Virus record (IMG/VR): IMGVR_UViG_3300008267_000030
Coordinates: 1 to 64,000 of that record
Strand: one strand, 5' to 3'
DNA length: 64,000 nt
Origin: a virus
Each line of letters opens with the position of its first letter. Positions within the stretch are counted from its first letter, which is position 1. Below, in pieces: positions 17,730-28,122 of this stretch. The position numbers were made by a program, and so were the translations under genes. The notes under the pieces are model-generated. The model saw only the letters and a program-made list of their open reading frames with translations. It had not been told where the DNA came from and searched no databases.

Positions 17730-19949
17730 TTAGCATCCGCAGGAAACATCCGAATCTTCTAAGCATATCTGCTTTAATTTTTCATAGAACTCAATAGCGG
17801 TATCCCATTCGGTAATTTCTATTGCCGATAGCATGGCAACATAAATTGCGTAGAAGTCCAGATAGTCCTGGTTGCATTTTCCGCACATTACTTGTTGAAG
17901 GAACTCGTATCGCTTTCTGTTAATGCAATTGATTACATTATCATCAATCATGATGCCCACTTTATCGTAGTACCACCCAGGAAACTCGGTCGCTATTTCC
18001 ACGATATTTTGCTTGCCTTTATAGTCGGCATAGTTTGCAGTTTCCGTGTTTAGCGTCCATGATGAAACCAGTATGTCTGCAGTCTGAGGATTGCCAGCAA
18101 TTGGATCAAGCATCCAAACAACAGTTGGACTGTAGATTTCAAATATTTGACCAATATTGATGTAAACATTGGCCGGGCTTTCCAGATAAAAAATATACTG
18201 CCCCTTTGTAAAATTATTTACAAAGTTGGTCCCACTGCCTATTACGCTGTAGTATGTCCCATTTTCAAAATCCTTGAAGCGGCCATCAACGTCCTTAAAA
18301 TTTAGGACATTAGGATTGCCCCATATCCAATCGCCCGGTTCAATAGGTATGTCGTTTGGATTGTAAAACAACATCACAGTGTCGGTTGGAATTGAATCCG
18401 CCTGACCAAGCAAATTGTATTTGTACTGATCTTCCCCGTATGTATTGCTTACAACATAAATGGAGTCTCCAACATTAAACTGAGTTGTAAATTCCGTGCT
18501 GAATCCTTGAAATACATAACAAGACTGTTCTGAACCAAGCGAGGTTATCTGGCCAAAAGATGTACCCAGAAAAACAGTAGATGAATTTGAAGCGTACAAT
18601 TGACTGCCTACGGTTATAGATAAGAAAACCGGAGCGGCCAACGTAATTTCTGTGTCGCTAACAATTTCGTCAATAATTCCAATTAAGGCTGTTTCTGCAT
18701 AGTCTTTATCGCTGTAGTACAGGTATTGCCCTACTTGGTATTTGGTAAACTCAGTATCAGTTCCCAGGACTGTAGTGCCGGATGCAGACAAAAATGTACC
18801 TCCAGAATATACAAAGTCGGTAACCTCCGTCCATGAATACATGATAAAATCAAAGTTGCCTGGGATGTTACCGGTCAGGTCTTTTACGTTCAAAACCGTT
18901 TCGCTTACAACCTCAAGAACTTTACCGGTCAGAACAAATTCTTTTGTAGTGTTGTCCTTGTAATAAACATATTGGTCGTAGGCAAAACTCGTACTTACAA
19001 AACCAGCGTTTAAAGATGTAAGCGCAGAGTACGCAACCTCGGTATATGGGTCAACATTACTTACCAGACCATTGGCGTTTGCCATGTCTTGTATCTCTGT
19101 TGCATAACCATATAGCCGATTACCTTCTGAGGCATTAAACTCCTGAAGGTCTTTAAGATTAAGTCTGGTAGAGGTAAATACTTTGTCAACCTGCTCAATC
19201 TTTTCGAGCGCTCCCGTGGCCGGGCTTACACAATACAAATAGTCATCGGGAACTAAAATATTAAAATCTATTCCCTCAAGGCCATTAACAATATTGTAAG
19301 ACCCTGTATCGTCATCATCGTATGACCCGCCGGATAATTTCTCGTTAAAATAAGGAGCGGCAATTAGAATAATTTCATAAATGCCTCTTATTATCTCCTC
19401 TTCTCCTGCTGCGTTTAACTTTGTTGGAAAAGTTAACCCAAAATTGTACGGTTCTTCGTCTTGATCTGGCTGAGTTTCTGGGAACTGTATTTGGTCTTTA
19501 TATACATCCCAAATTCTGTAAACCGTCCACAGTCTTACATTTTCCCGATATGGCCTGTATTGATTATATGGCGCTGGCAGGACATTGTATCCGCCAGGAT
19601 TATTAAGCGGGTTAGCGGGGTCGTAATAACCGGTTGCGTCTGGTACATTTAAAAGCAAATAATCAGCATCCGTAGATAGCGTCCCAATTTTCAATTTCAA
19701 TTCCTTGATTTGATTTGGGTTCGCTGTTTCAACATACGAAATGATATTTGATGGGGTCTTAACTACCGGTCCATCAAAATTTGTAACAAAACTCCCGGAG
19801 ATTTCGGCGGTTGTTTTAATTAAAACATCTGCGCTTACAGTGTTAAAAAACGCCCGAATCAATCTGGACGATATTACAATAGGAGATTCCACCGGCGTAC
19901 CAGTGTACGCAGTGAAAAACCCGGGCGTTTTGAATACTATTTGAGCCAC
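17730..19949 (-). CDS. Tail hub-like structural protein with five inserted beta-rich repeats
   Basis: DATGYYD...NPGGY motif and C-terminal CxxC...LKQIC...CGC, as I recall for crAss-like hub proteins; probable GTG start at 19949. Confidence 0.6.
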   Translation of the reverse strand: MAQIVFKTPGFFTAYTGTPVESPIVISSRLIRAFFNTVSADVLIKTTAEISGSFVTNFDGPVVKTPSNIISYVETANPNQIKELKLKIGTLSTDADYLLLNVPDATGYYDPANPLNNPGGYNVLPAPYNQYRPYRENVRLWTVYRIWDVYKDQIQFPETQPDQDEEPYNFGLTFPTKLNAAGEEEIIRGIYEIILIAAPYFNEKLSGGSYDDDDTGSYNIVNGLEGIDFNILVPDDYLYCVSPATGALEKIEQVDKVFTSTRLNLKDLQEFNASEGNRLYGYATEIQDMANANGLVSNVDPYTEVAYSALTSLNAGFVSTSFAYDQYVYYKDNTTKEFVLTGKVLEVVSETVLNVKDLTGNIPGNFDFIMYSWTEVTDFVYSGGTFLSASGTTVLGTDTEFTKYQVGQYLYYSDKDYAETALIGIIDEIVSDTEITLAAPVFLSITVGSQLYASNSSTVFLGTSFGQITSLGSEQSCYVFQGFSTEFTTQFNVGDSIYVVSNTYGEDQYKYNLLGQADSIPTDTVMLFYNPNDIPIEPGDWIWGNPNVLNFKDVDGRFKDFENGTYYSVIGSGTNFVNNFTKGQYIFYLESPANVYINIGQIFEIYSPTVVWMLDPIAGNPQTADILVSSWTLNTETANYADYKGKQNIVEIATEFPGWYYDKVGIMIDDNVINCINRKRYEFLQQVMCGKCNQDYLDFYAIYVAMLSAIEITEWDTAIEFYEKLKQICLEDSDVSCGC

Positions 19950-19959
19950 AAATTTTTTA

Positions 19960-20823
19960 TTAGTTTTGACCCGGCTGATTATTGCCAGCATCTACTCCAG
20001 TAGAAATATTATTATATCCAGCATTTTGCAAATCAGAGCCAAGTGTTTGAGCGCCAACCTCAATTCCATCCATATACTCCTGAGTTACAAATCTGTACAA
20101 TGTTTGACTGTTAAAACTTGTGCTGCTCCCAATTTGCGGAGTTACTTTAATCCAGACAAACTGGGGAAGAGAACCCGAGTCAAGCCAGTATTTTGTTGTT
20201 ACATCTACACTGGAAGCAACCGTAAATTGGTTTATGGTTTCAAAAGTAAACGAAATCTTAGTTAGCGTAGCAGCATTAGACAATGGAGTTCCAATAATTG
20301 AAACCTGCTCAATATAACTTTGAGTGTCTTTATTGAGACCAGTAAGCCCGTTACCAATTCTCCATTTATCTAACCCAAAGTCTGGGATATATTTTTTCCC
20401 GTTTGGCGCAAATGGAGGGCCAACTGTTTGAATCCTCATGTAAATTGACTCCCCGGTTGTTATAAGTGAATAGGAGGCGTACAAATTAGATGTGCCAGCA
20501 ATCCAAGTGCTATTTATCGGATCGGTAGTCAGAATCAAGTTTAGGTTATCAACAAAACTGGCAATTTGCCCTACCAATTTGAAATCTCCAGTTGCCGCAT
20601 CATTGTAATAAACATACATATTTGGCTTCCATAGAGTTTGAAACTGGCTGGATACTCCGGTTACCTTTTTTAAAGCCGGATCATAGGCGCTAAACTTGCC
20701 GCTTTGCAAAGGCGGCTCTATTGGCTCTGTTGGTGTGCCAGTTCCAAGATTGCTTTGAGCAATACCAGTATTATTGGCGTTTATCCTATAATACGCAATT
20801 GAGGGACTTGTAAATTTAGGCAT
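19960..20823 (-). CDS. Structural protein, paralog of 20830..21696
   Basis: Shares the V.GV...F...Y.YY...L.G.IA...L repeat and the I.MRI...W pattern. Confidence 0.7.
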   Translation of the reverse strand: MPKFTSPSIAYYRINANNTGIAQSNLGTGTPTEPIEPPLQSGKFSAYDPALKKVTGVSSQFQTLWKPNMYVYYNDAATGDFKLVGQIASFVDNLNLILTTDPINSTWIAGTSNLYASYSLITTGESIYMRIQTVGPPFAPNGKKYIPDFGLDKWRIGNGLTGLNKDTQSYIEQVSIIGTPLSNAATLTKISFTFETINQFTVASSVDVTTKYWLDSGSLPQFVWIKVTPQIGSSTSFNSQTLYRFVTQEYMDGIEVGAQTLGSDLQNAGYNNISTGVDAGNNQPGQN

Positions 20824-20829
20824 GACTTT

Positions 20830-21696
20830 TTAGTATCCTGATGTTGTGAGAAATAAAACTGGGTAATTTACTGTAGCCAAAATTCCGTTTTCGGCAAAAG
20901 ATTCATTGGCAAACATTTTATACAGCGTGTTCGCTGGCAAACTTTGTGTTAAAGAATCTCCGTATGGGTCCAAAAGTGCGTAAGCGTAATTTGGAAACAA
21001 ACTTTGATTTGCAAACACATATTGATTTCCGCCAGTTGTAATTTTTGGATATTCCCATATTGCCTTAATGGTAAATTGAACCGACACTGGGCTTACCGCA
21101 GACTGGCTCGGGTCGTTTATTTGGCTGTAAGTAGCCATACTAACCGAAGACGCTTTATTAAAACTCGTTAACTCGTTTGCTGTAATTCTGTACGCATTCC
21201 AATTTGGAAGCCATATCTGCCCAGGAGCCTTTGTTACAACCGGGATTCTCATAATTATTTGCTCGGTTGTCCCAATAAGGGTTTTTGTCTTGCCGCAATA
21301 TGTTGAATACAATTGACCTCCAGTGGGAGTTGCGCTTATTCCGACGGGACTGTTGGCCGTCAAAGTTATTTGAGTTGGCCCGTCAACATTTGCAATCTTA
21401 CCCAATAAAACTGGCTGCGCTCCGGCGGTATAATAAAACATATAATCGCCCTGCAAAAAGTCATTCTCAAAATCCGTATTGACTCCTTGAACTGTAGGTG
21501 AGTTTGTCGCTGCCGACAATATTTTACCTGTGGCCAGAGTAACGGGCGTGAATATATCGGTAAGTGCGTCTGCAGATGCGTTTATTAACTTGGCAACCTG
21601 CAAATTTGCTTCAGTTGCTTTTGCAAATACGATTCCAGATGCGGTATATATTCCCTTTACTATGTTTGCCGTATTAGGGCCTGATGCTGCTGCCAT
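20830..21696 (-). CDS. Structural protein, paralog of 19960..20823
   Basis: Same shared motifs; own promoter-like element upstream. Confidence 0.7.
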   Translation of the reverse strand: MAAASGPNTANIVKGIYTASGIVFAKATEANLQVAKLINASADALTDIFTPVTLATGKILSAATNSPTVQGVNTDFENDFLQGDYMFYYTAGAQPVLLGKIANVDGPTQITLTANSPVGISATPTGGQLYSTYCGKTKTLIGTTEQIIMRIPVVTKAPGQIWLPNWNAYRITANELTSFNKASSVSMATYSQINDPSQSAVSPVSVQFTIKAIWEYPKITTGGNQYVFANQSLFPNYAYALLDPYGDSLTQSLPANTLYKMFANESFAENGILATVNYPVLFLTTSGY

Positions 21697-21712
21697 AATC
21701 TACAGATTTTCG

Positions 21713-21720
21713 CAAATATA
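21713..21720 (-). promoter_or_regulatory. Bacteroidota -7 promoter element
   Basis: TATATTTG (exact TAnnTTTG), 16 nt upstream of ATG 21696. Confidence 0.6.
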
Positions 21721-21751
21721 GAATTTTTAAGTTGTCTTAATTTTTTTTCTA

Positions 21752-21952
21752 CTACCTGTAATTCGTTGCTGTATAGGTTAGTAACTGATTGGCAGTAATC
21801 TGATCGTTTACCTGCGCACTAAGCCTAAAAATAACTTCTTGGTAAAAAGCAAGCAACTCATTAGTCATCTGCGATGGCCTTACGCATCCTCCAGCAATGT
21901 CATTGGTAAGAGAATTTATATACTTCGTGTAAAGGCTTTGAATGGTATCCAT
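21752..21952 (-). CDS. Small hypothetical protein
   Basis: 66-aa ORF in an otherwise intergenic gap. Confidence 0.6.
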   Translation of the reverse strand: MDTIQSLYTKYINSLTNDIAGGCVRPSQMTNELLAFYQEVIFRLSAQVNDQITANQLLTYTATNYR

Positions 21953-21977
21953 TTTAGTAAATGCTTGGCGTAAATAT

Positions 21978-22004
21978 AAAAAAAATCCCCCGCAATGCAG
22001 GGGA
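21978..22004 (-). terminator. Intrinsic terminator
   Basis: On the - strand, TCCCCTGC-ATT-GCGGGGGA followed by a T8 tract. Confidence 0.8.
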
Positions 22005-22055
22005 CCTTTTATTTAGAGGTAAAAGTGGGAGTAGAGAGCAATCTCTTGCTCAGTA

Positions 22056-23012
22056 TTATTCTCCGGATACGACCGTTTTAAGGGCCTTTTCCAGTTCTTT
22101 CTGCATAATCAACTTGTCTGCAGCGCCTTTGCTTCCAAGCAGGTAGTTGACCAGGGTCTGCTTTTGCGACTTTTCATCAGTGTCTTCCGCAAAATTAACA
22201 ATGCCCTTGTTGCCGGTTTTGCCTTTGGTAAAGTACCAGCCCAGTCCTGCCTTGTCATTGACAATGATGCCCATGGTAATAGCATCATCGATTTGCTGAC
22301 GGATTTTAAGAGCATCAAGGTCCTGAATTGCTTCAACGACTTTGTTGGGATCGTTTTGAACAAAGGCATCCAGATAAACGATGAGCGGCTGCAGGGCTTT
22401 TGTCCCTGTGTATGGAGCGACCGGATTAAGTTGCTGACTCAACGCATACAGCACCTCAACATCGGTAATCTGCTCAAGCGCACGTTCGGCGGAACGACGC
22501 TGCTCAATCATAGACGCCCTGGCGTTAATCATTGCGGCCTCATTAACGTACTCTACCAGATACGGAGAACCGTTGTTGTCAAGGCCAAGTACATTATCCT
22601 TGTTAAACGGCGCCAGCATAAGAGCATACCAGGCAAGTTGATCCTCTACATTATTTTTGTAAAGAGTAATCATGCCGTTTTCGTCGCCAAAGAACACCTT
22701 CCGAATTGCAACTGGCCTGCCTTCTTGAGTATTGATAAAAGCGCAAATTTTATAGGCGTTTCCAGATTCTCTGTCCAGAAGAGTGTATCCTAATTTGATG
22801 CTAAAAGTGCCAATTGATTTGACGTAAAAAGGAGTTCCATCTTCTTTGCCGCCATCACGAACTCGAACTGGAACCCACCAACTTTGGCCAACTCGAAACT
22901 TTTCCTCCTCCTGCATTGGAGGGACTTTTTTAAACAACTGTGGGCAATTGTTGTAAATTTCGCTATCGCTTACTTTGTAAACCGGTAGCCCCACATTTTC
23001 ATTTTCTTTCAT
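22056..23012 (-). CDS. Conserved hypothetical protein downstream of the major capsid gene
   Basis: Start MKENEN at 23012, below the terminator; position typical of crAss-like capsid modules. Confidence 0.7.
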   Translation of the reverse strand: MKENENVGLPVYKVSDSEIYNNCPQLFKKVPPMQEEEKFRVGQSWWVPVRVRDGGKEDGTPFYVKSIGTFSIKLGYTLLDRESGNAYKICAFINTQEGRPVAIRKVFFGDENGMITLYKNNVEDQLAWYALMLAPFNKDNVLGLDNNGSPYLVEYVNEAAMINARASMIEQRRSAERALEQITDVEVLYALSQQLNPVAPYTGTKALQPLIVYLDAFVQNDPNKVVEAIQDLDALKIRQQIDDAITMGIIVNDKAGLGWYFTKGKTGNKGIVNFAEDTDEKSQKQTLVNYLLGSKGAADKLIMQKELEKALKTVVSGE

Positions 23013-23043
23013 AAGTATTTTTTTATTTGGTTGCAAAATACAT

Positions 23044-23065
23044 AAAAAAGGGGCATTACTGCCCC
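23044..23065 (-). terminator. Intrinsic terminator after the major capsid gene
   Basis: GGGGCA-GTAA-TGCCCC followed by T6 on the - strand. Confidence 0.85.
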
Positions 23066-23085
23066 CTTTTCTTTTTTTGGCACTA

Positions 23086-24543
23086 TTAGGCTGTGCGTAC
23101 AAAGAACATTGACTTTTTGGCTCCCTGCATACGGAATGCGGTAGTTTCAGTCAGTGTCATGCGGCTTGCCTCATAGCCAAGGATGGCAGAACCCTGAAAA
23201 ATTTCATTGCGAAGAGCCTGAGTTCCATCTCCATTGCGCTGCTCAAGGTTGAGGATAGCAAATTCAGGAACAGAACCAGGAGTTGCGAATGAATTTTGGT
23301 CCTGAGCATCAGCGTAGCCACGTCCGGCAGATACGATGGTGTTTGACCTTTCGTAGTAAGACGCAGTAATAGAAGATGCAAAGGTCTTGGTGTTCATCAA
23401 CTCTGGGTGAGCATATTCACGAACCGGTTTGATGTGGTGCGTAAATCCTGCTTCAGCATCAACAATTGACGCAAAACCAAGTTTAATTGCACGATCCCGG
23501 GCGCCAGTATCTCCACCAAATGCGTCATAGCGCAGGTTGGTTTGAGTAGCAGTACCCTGATCGAGCAGACCGGAAAGACCAACCTTGAACTCAAATCCCA
23601 TAAAGTGAGTCAGTTCAGAACCCATTTGACCAGCGCCCCTTGCATAACGAACAACTTCACGAAGCCATTCTCTGGCGAGAACATTGGTTGACAAATCGGT
23701 TGTGAGGTCAGAGTATCCAAAAGCCTGGGCAAGCGGAATAAGACCAACGGTTTTCTGGCGTCCGTTGTAGGAAGAGCCGTCAGCAATCAGAACGTCAATT
23801 GACTTGAGGATTTCATGACGAACGTAGGTGTCCAGTTTTGCAATCAGGTCTTCAAAGTATTTACCCTGTACGCTGTACTGCTTCATCAGTGAGCCAGCAA
23901 GCATGGTAATTTCCGGCTGAGAGGTCATCATATACTGGAACAGCACGTCAAAACGGCTGTCTGTCTGACTCATTCCCTGTGGAAAAGTATCTTTTTCCTT
24001 AGATGCGTCGGCCAGGAAAGAGATTTTTTTACCGGCAGTAAAAAGGGCGGCATCTCCAGCGCTTGCGCAAGCAATGGTAATTGTGTGGTTGTTGTTTGTG
24101 GCAACAGGCTTACTTACAGCGGTAATCTGGCCTTGTACAGGACCGCCATCAAGAAGCACATATTGACGAACAATACCGGGAGACACATAGTTAGGAGCCG
24201 CAACAGTACCAATGTTAAACACAGAGTTTGTGTTCAGAGTAATGGTTACGTTTGAACCGGAAACGGTTGGGCTGGCTCCAATTGTCGCTGCTTTAAAGCG
24301 GCTACCACGCTCAAAGTGAGTGTGTTTGGTGGTGTTGGTCGTTACGGTACGTCCGGTTTTCATGAAATACGTTGACATTGACTCCATGAAAAAATTCATG
24401 TCCTCAAAGTTTTGAAACGCTTTCTCGACTACATCACGACGAGTAACAAAATCTGCAATAATTTGTTGGGCCACTTCGGATTCGCCTGCGGCGTACCCAA
24501 ACGGGCCTTGCCCGGTGGTAATTAAAAGATCATTTGCTGCCAT
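23086..24543 (-). CDS. Major capsid protein (HK97 fold, crAss-like)
   Basis: 485 aa; follows portal and scaffold and precedes a strong terminator; KTVGLIP...G, IKLGF.SI...G.T.HIK...HP. Confidence 0.8.
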   Translation of the reverse strand: MAANDLLITTGQGPFGYAAGESEVAQQIIADFVTRRDVVEKAFQNFEDMNFFMESMSTYFMKTGRTVTTNTTKHTHFERGSRFKAATIGASPTVSGSNVTITLNTNSVFNIGTVAAPNYVSPGIVRQYVLLDGGPVQGQITAVSKPVATNNNHTITIACASAGDAALFTAGKKISFLADASKEKDTFPQGMSQTDSRFDVLFQYMMTSQPEITMLAGSLMKQYSVQGKYFEDLIAKLDTYVRHEILKSIDVLIADGSSYNGRQKTVGLIPLAQAFGYSDLTTDLSTNVLAREWLREVVRYARGAGQMGSELTHFMGFEFKVGLSGLLDQGTATQTNLRYDAFGGDTGARDRAIKLGFASIVDAEAGFTHHIKPVREYAHPELMNTKTFASSITASYYERSNTIVSAGRGYADAQDQNSFATPGSVPEFAILNLEQRNGDGTQALRNEIFQGSAILGYEASRMTLTETTAFRMQGAKKSMFFVRTA

Positions 24544-24574
24544 TTTCTTTTTTCTTTAATAGTTTTGATAATAA

Positions 24575-25756
24575 TTAAGACCCGATCATCGGGTTAAGTT
24601 TTTTGTAGAACTCATCCGCTTTGTTTCGGACTGCGTCTTTGCGCATCTCCTCTTCGCTCTGGGCCGGAGTTTCGCTCTTAATCAATCCTAAATTTTTGCG
24701 GAGTTCATCCACAGATTTTCCGGAACCTTCCGCCATCCCGTCGGCGTAGCGGCGCTCTCCGATTCTTTGCCCGTACTTATCCAGCAGTTTGGGCAATGAC
24801 GCTTCCAGGGCCTCCAACTGCAGTATTTTCTGGATGTCCAATGACGTCGGCTTTCCATCAGGACCGACTTTCATGAACTTAGATTCCAGATACGCTTGTG
24901 GGTCAGATATAATCTGTTGCGCCCTTTCCCGAAAACCCTCCAATTCATCAATGGGGACTTCCAGGCTGTCATCGCCTGCGAAATTGATTTGATACTGCGT
25001 GAACGAGTTAACTTCATCCTGGAAGTTCTTTCTGTCCTCTTCGCTCAAACCTCGCATTTTTTGACTGCCAGATGTACCGGCGTATTCTGCCAAGGCGGGA
25101 ACCAGTCCTTTGTAGAACTCAGAAAGTTCATTTTTCTTGCTCTGGGCAAGACCGTCGAACTTCTCTTTGTAATACGGGGACAAACCGTAGCCCTCCAAGT
25201 CAAAGTCTATTAAAAGGTTGGGGTCTCCCAACTCCTTCTTCAATTCTACAAGCCAACCGTCCTGAATTGCTTCGGGACTCATGTTGGGGTTGTTCTTTGC
25301 AAATACATCCATCAAAACGTGGTCGATACCCATTTCATCGACGTTTGTATCCGCAAGTCCCATAATGCGATATGCCTCCGGGCCATATTGTTTGTATAAC
25401 TCAACAATCTGCTTTTCCCGGGGGTCTTGCTGACCAAGAAGAGCCATTAGGTCTTCAACGCTTTTAACTTTACCGCCAGTCAATTCCTCAATGTTTGGAA
25501 TTGAATTAGGGTCTGGTGGCGCCTGTTGCGCTGCGGCCTGCTGCTGCATTGCAGCCATTTCTTCCGGAGACATTTCCTGTCCGCCTTGCTGCTGTGCCAT
25601 TTGCTGTTCTGCAGCCATTTGCGCAGCGGCCTGATCGTCAAGTTCGCTATTCATGCCGGGAATTACCGGACTTTGCCCACCTTCACCGCCTTGAGCGGCT
25701 TCTTCTTCTTGCTTCAACCGACGGTATTCTTCGATTGGGTCTTGGATTTCAGCCAT
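24575..25756 (-). CDS. Probable scaffolding protein
   Basis: Acidic, Q/E-rich and helical; lies between portal and capsid genes. Confidence 0.6.
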   Translation of the reverse strand: MAEIQDPIEEYRRLKQEEEAAQGGEGGQSPVIPGMNSELDDQAAAQMAAEQQMAQQQGGQEMSPEEMAAMQQQAAAQQAPPDPNSIPNIEELTGGKVKSVEDLMALLGQQDPREKQIVELYKQYGPEAYRIMGLADTNVDEMGIDHVLMDVFAKNNPNMSPEAIQDGWLVELKKELGDPNLLIDFDLEGYGLSPYYKEKFDGLAQSKKNELSEFYKGLVPALAEYAGTSGSQKMRGLSEEDRKNFQDEVNSFTQYQINFAGDDSLEVPIDELEGFRERAQQIISDPQAYLESKFMKVGPDGKPTSLDIQKILQLEALEASLPKLLDKYGQRIGERRYADGMAEGSGKSVDELRKNLGLIKSETPAQSEEEMRKDAVRNKADEFYKKLNPMIGS

Positions 25757-25796
25757 ATTTTGCAAATTAAAAATTAGAAATGTTAGTTTTCAAATA

Positions 25797-28112
25797 TTAC
25801 GATTCTTTTTTCTTGTCCTCTTTCAGCAATTGTGCAACTTTTGTTGCTATTGCTTCGATATGAGACTCGTCAAGTTGCATTTTCTGGATTTCCTGCTGAT
25901 GTTTTTGGCCTTCAATTTCAGACTCATTCTCAGCCTTCAAATCCTCGAGACCCATAGCCCCTTCATTTTTGGCCTGTTGTACGGCCATATCCGCCTGGCC
26001 CTTACCTTGTGCTTTTGCTTGCTCGACTGCTATTTTAGAATCGGTCTGCATTTGGACAAACTGAGCCTGGGTCTGGTTGTTCTGCTCCATCTGCTGCTGA
26101 GCCGCTGCTTCCTGGGCCATACGAGCCTTTTTCTCTTTTAACGCAAAAATCTGCTGAGCGTACTTAACGTCATTAATGTTTTCAATTTCAAACACATCAG
26201 ACATATCAAGCGTTCCATTTTCAATTGCCCGGTCCATAAACTGATACAGGCGCTCCCAACGCTGCTCCGTTGGAACATTTTCAACGTACAGGTTGTACAC
26301 GTTCTGCCATACATCATCGCTGTTAATTTCGTATGGTATCCCCTGAAAATTACCCTTTGTCCCCATGTACTTAAACATAAGAATAAGGTATTTGCAAGAC
26401 CGGATATAGATGTTTTGTACTGCGTCGTAGTATGGTTTAAGAGACACGGTTGCGTTGTTAATCATCAACTCGCTGACTCCCTTTCCGGTTCTTGTCCCTG
26501 GTAGCGTACCGGTCATCTGTGGAGGCACGGACATAAATTCTCTTAAAGAAGATACGTTTGCCGCCATAAGATCAAGCAAGGCTCGGAGTTTACCGACATC
26601 ATCCGCATTCTCAATACCAATTGGCATATCACGGTTCTGGTTCATGTTCCGGGTGTAACTCTCGGAATTGTAAATGGCAATACCATCTGTAAACAATTCT
26701 TTGGCAAGTTCAAATCCGGTAACCTTCCCGCCGCCTGGCTTCATCATTACGTTCTGGAAACCCTTCATGTCCACCTTAATAATAGGAGGCAGAATGTTCT
26801 TGGCAATCCTTCTGGCCTTAACCCAGCATTGCTGGATCATGTCGATATACTCTACAGCCTTTTCTACGGGGCTGCTGTTTTGACCGTCTAAGGCAGCGGG
26901 CCTATAGCCTACAAATCCGCTATGGCAGGTAAAATAATCTACCAAATCGCTGTCTCTTTCTTGTCCGTATTCCCGGGCCGACGGCGTAACTTTACCCCAT
27001 TGGTACATTTCTTTCGTACCAATAATAAGTTTGCCCGCATACCTATACTGTAGCGCTTTCTCGTTAATAATGTCTTTGCCAGACTTATTCATCCCGACAA
27101 AGGTTCTTTCACGACCATCGCTACAGGTTCTTCTGGAGATAGTCAGCCTTTCCGTGCGCTGATATTCATAGTCCAGGACCGGGATAACCTTATCTGCTTT
27201 AAGCAGCGGCATATATCCAGCCATGAAGAATGTATTGATTGACCCACGGCCAGTAGTTAGCGCCGTAAACCTTTGAAAAAAGTTTTCCGCCGTTGTAGCC
27301 ATCGCCGCAACCTGGTCCCAGTTTTCAATCCATCCTTCGCCTTCATATTCCAGTTCGTCCAGCGGTACAAGAATGATTTCTGAAAACCATTGCGAATCAG
27401 ACAGGTCATTGTGCCTTGTGTAGTTTGATTGACAGTAAAGCGGATTCCATGCCCGTAGTTTGACTCTTCTGGACATTGAGTCTATTCTGATCCCGCCTAC
27501 TCCGTACACAATAAGATATTGCCTGAGCGCTTCAAGCACTGCAGGCATATTCTGATTGTTAAAAAAGTTTTTTAGAGCCATCTGCATATTTGCTTCGTCG
27601 GCAAACTGCTTGTTTTGAATGGTGCGCTCCAGATCAAACGGGTCAATCGGAAGTTCGTCAATTGACATTCCGAGTTCATCAAATAGGTTTTGAATGGCAA
27701 TATTGGTCTTTTTCAGGTCCATTGCCAGTTCAAGTTTTGATTTAAAATCGGCCCGGAGGTCATTGGCCCTTGCGTCAACCCGATACACCGTAGGCGTAAA
27801 AACCTGCTGGCTCATGTTGCCAAGCAGGGTAACGATAACCTGGTTAAGGATTTTTAGGTTTCGTCCCACATCTTCGGTAAACGGCTCCGGGTTCTGTACG
27901 TTAATGTCGTACTTTGACCGGTATCTGGTTTGGTCCTGGATGCCGAGAGCATACATAGCCAGTTCTTTAAACCTGGTTACGTTCCACTGACTGTTGTAGC
28001 GAGTGCCGAGGCTGTAGTTGTAATACATCCTTTCGGCGTTTTTAATCAACTTTTGTTTCAGTTTATCTCCTGAACTCGCTTTTAATTCTTCAATCAGTCT
28101 TTCCTCTTCCAT
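25797..28112 (-). CDS. Portal protein
   Basis: About 770 aa; YALGIQDQ..Y, Y.GK.IIGT, S.VE...YID.IQ, Q-rich C-terminal barrel. Confidence 0.85.
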   Translation of the reverse strand: MEEERLIEELKASSGDKLKQKLIKNAERMYYNYSLGTRYNSQWNVTRFKELAMYALGIQDQTRYRSKYDINVQNPEPFTEDVGRNLKILNQVIVTLLGNMSQQVFTPTVYRVDARANDLRADFKSKLELAMDLKKTNIAIQNLFDELGMSIDELPIDPFDLERTIQNKQFADEANMQMALKNFFNNQNMPAVLEALRQYLIVYGVGGIRIDSMSRRVKLRAWNPLYCQSNYTRHNDLSDSQWFSEIILVPLDELEYEGEGWIENWDQVAAMATTAENFFQRFTALTTGRGSINTFFMAGYMPLLKADKVIPVLDYEYQRTERLTISRRTCSDGRERTFVGMNKSGKDIINEKALQYRYAGKLIIGTKEMYQWGKVTPSAREYGQERDSDLVDYFTCHSGFVGYRPAALDGQNSSPVEKAVEYIDMIQQCWVKARRIAKNILPPIIKVDMKGFQNVMMKPGGGKVTGFELAKELFTDGIAIYNSESYTRNMNQNRDMPIGIENADDVGKLRALLDLMAANVSSLREFMSVPPQMTGTLPGTRTGKGVSELMINNATVSLKPYYDAVQNIYIRSCKYLILMFKYMGTKGNFQGIPYEINSDDVWQNVYNLYVENVPTEQRWERLYQFMDRAIENGTLDMSDVFEIENINDVKYAQQIFALKEKKARMAQEAAAQQQMEQNNQTQAQFVQMQTDSKIAVEQAKAQGKGQADMAVQQAKNEGAMGLEDLKAENESEIEGQKHQQEIQKMQLDESHIEAIATKVAQLLKEDKKKES

Positions 28113-28122
28113 GATTTTATTT

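Noticed and set aside
22036-22051. GAGCAA-GAGA-TTGCTC hairpin on the - strand before the terminator
   Set aside because: A single 6-bp hairpin is not enough to call an ncRNA.
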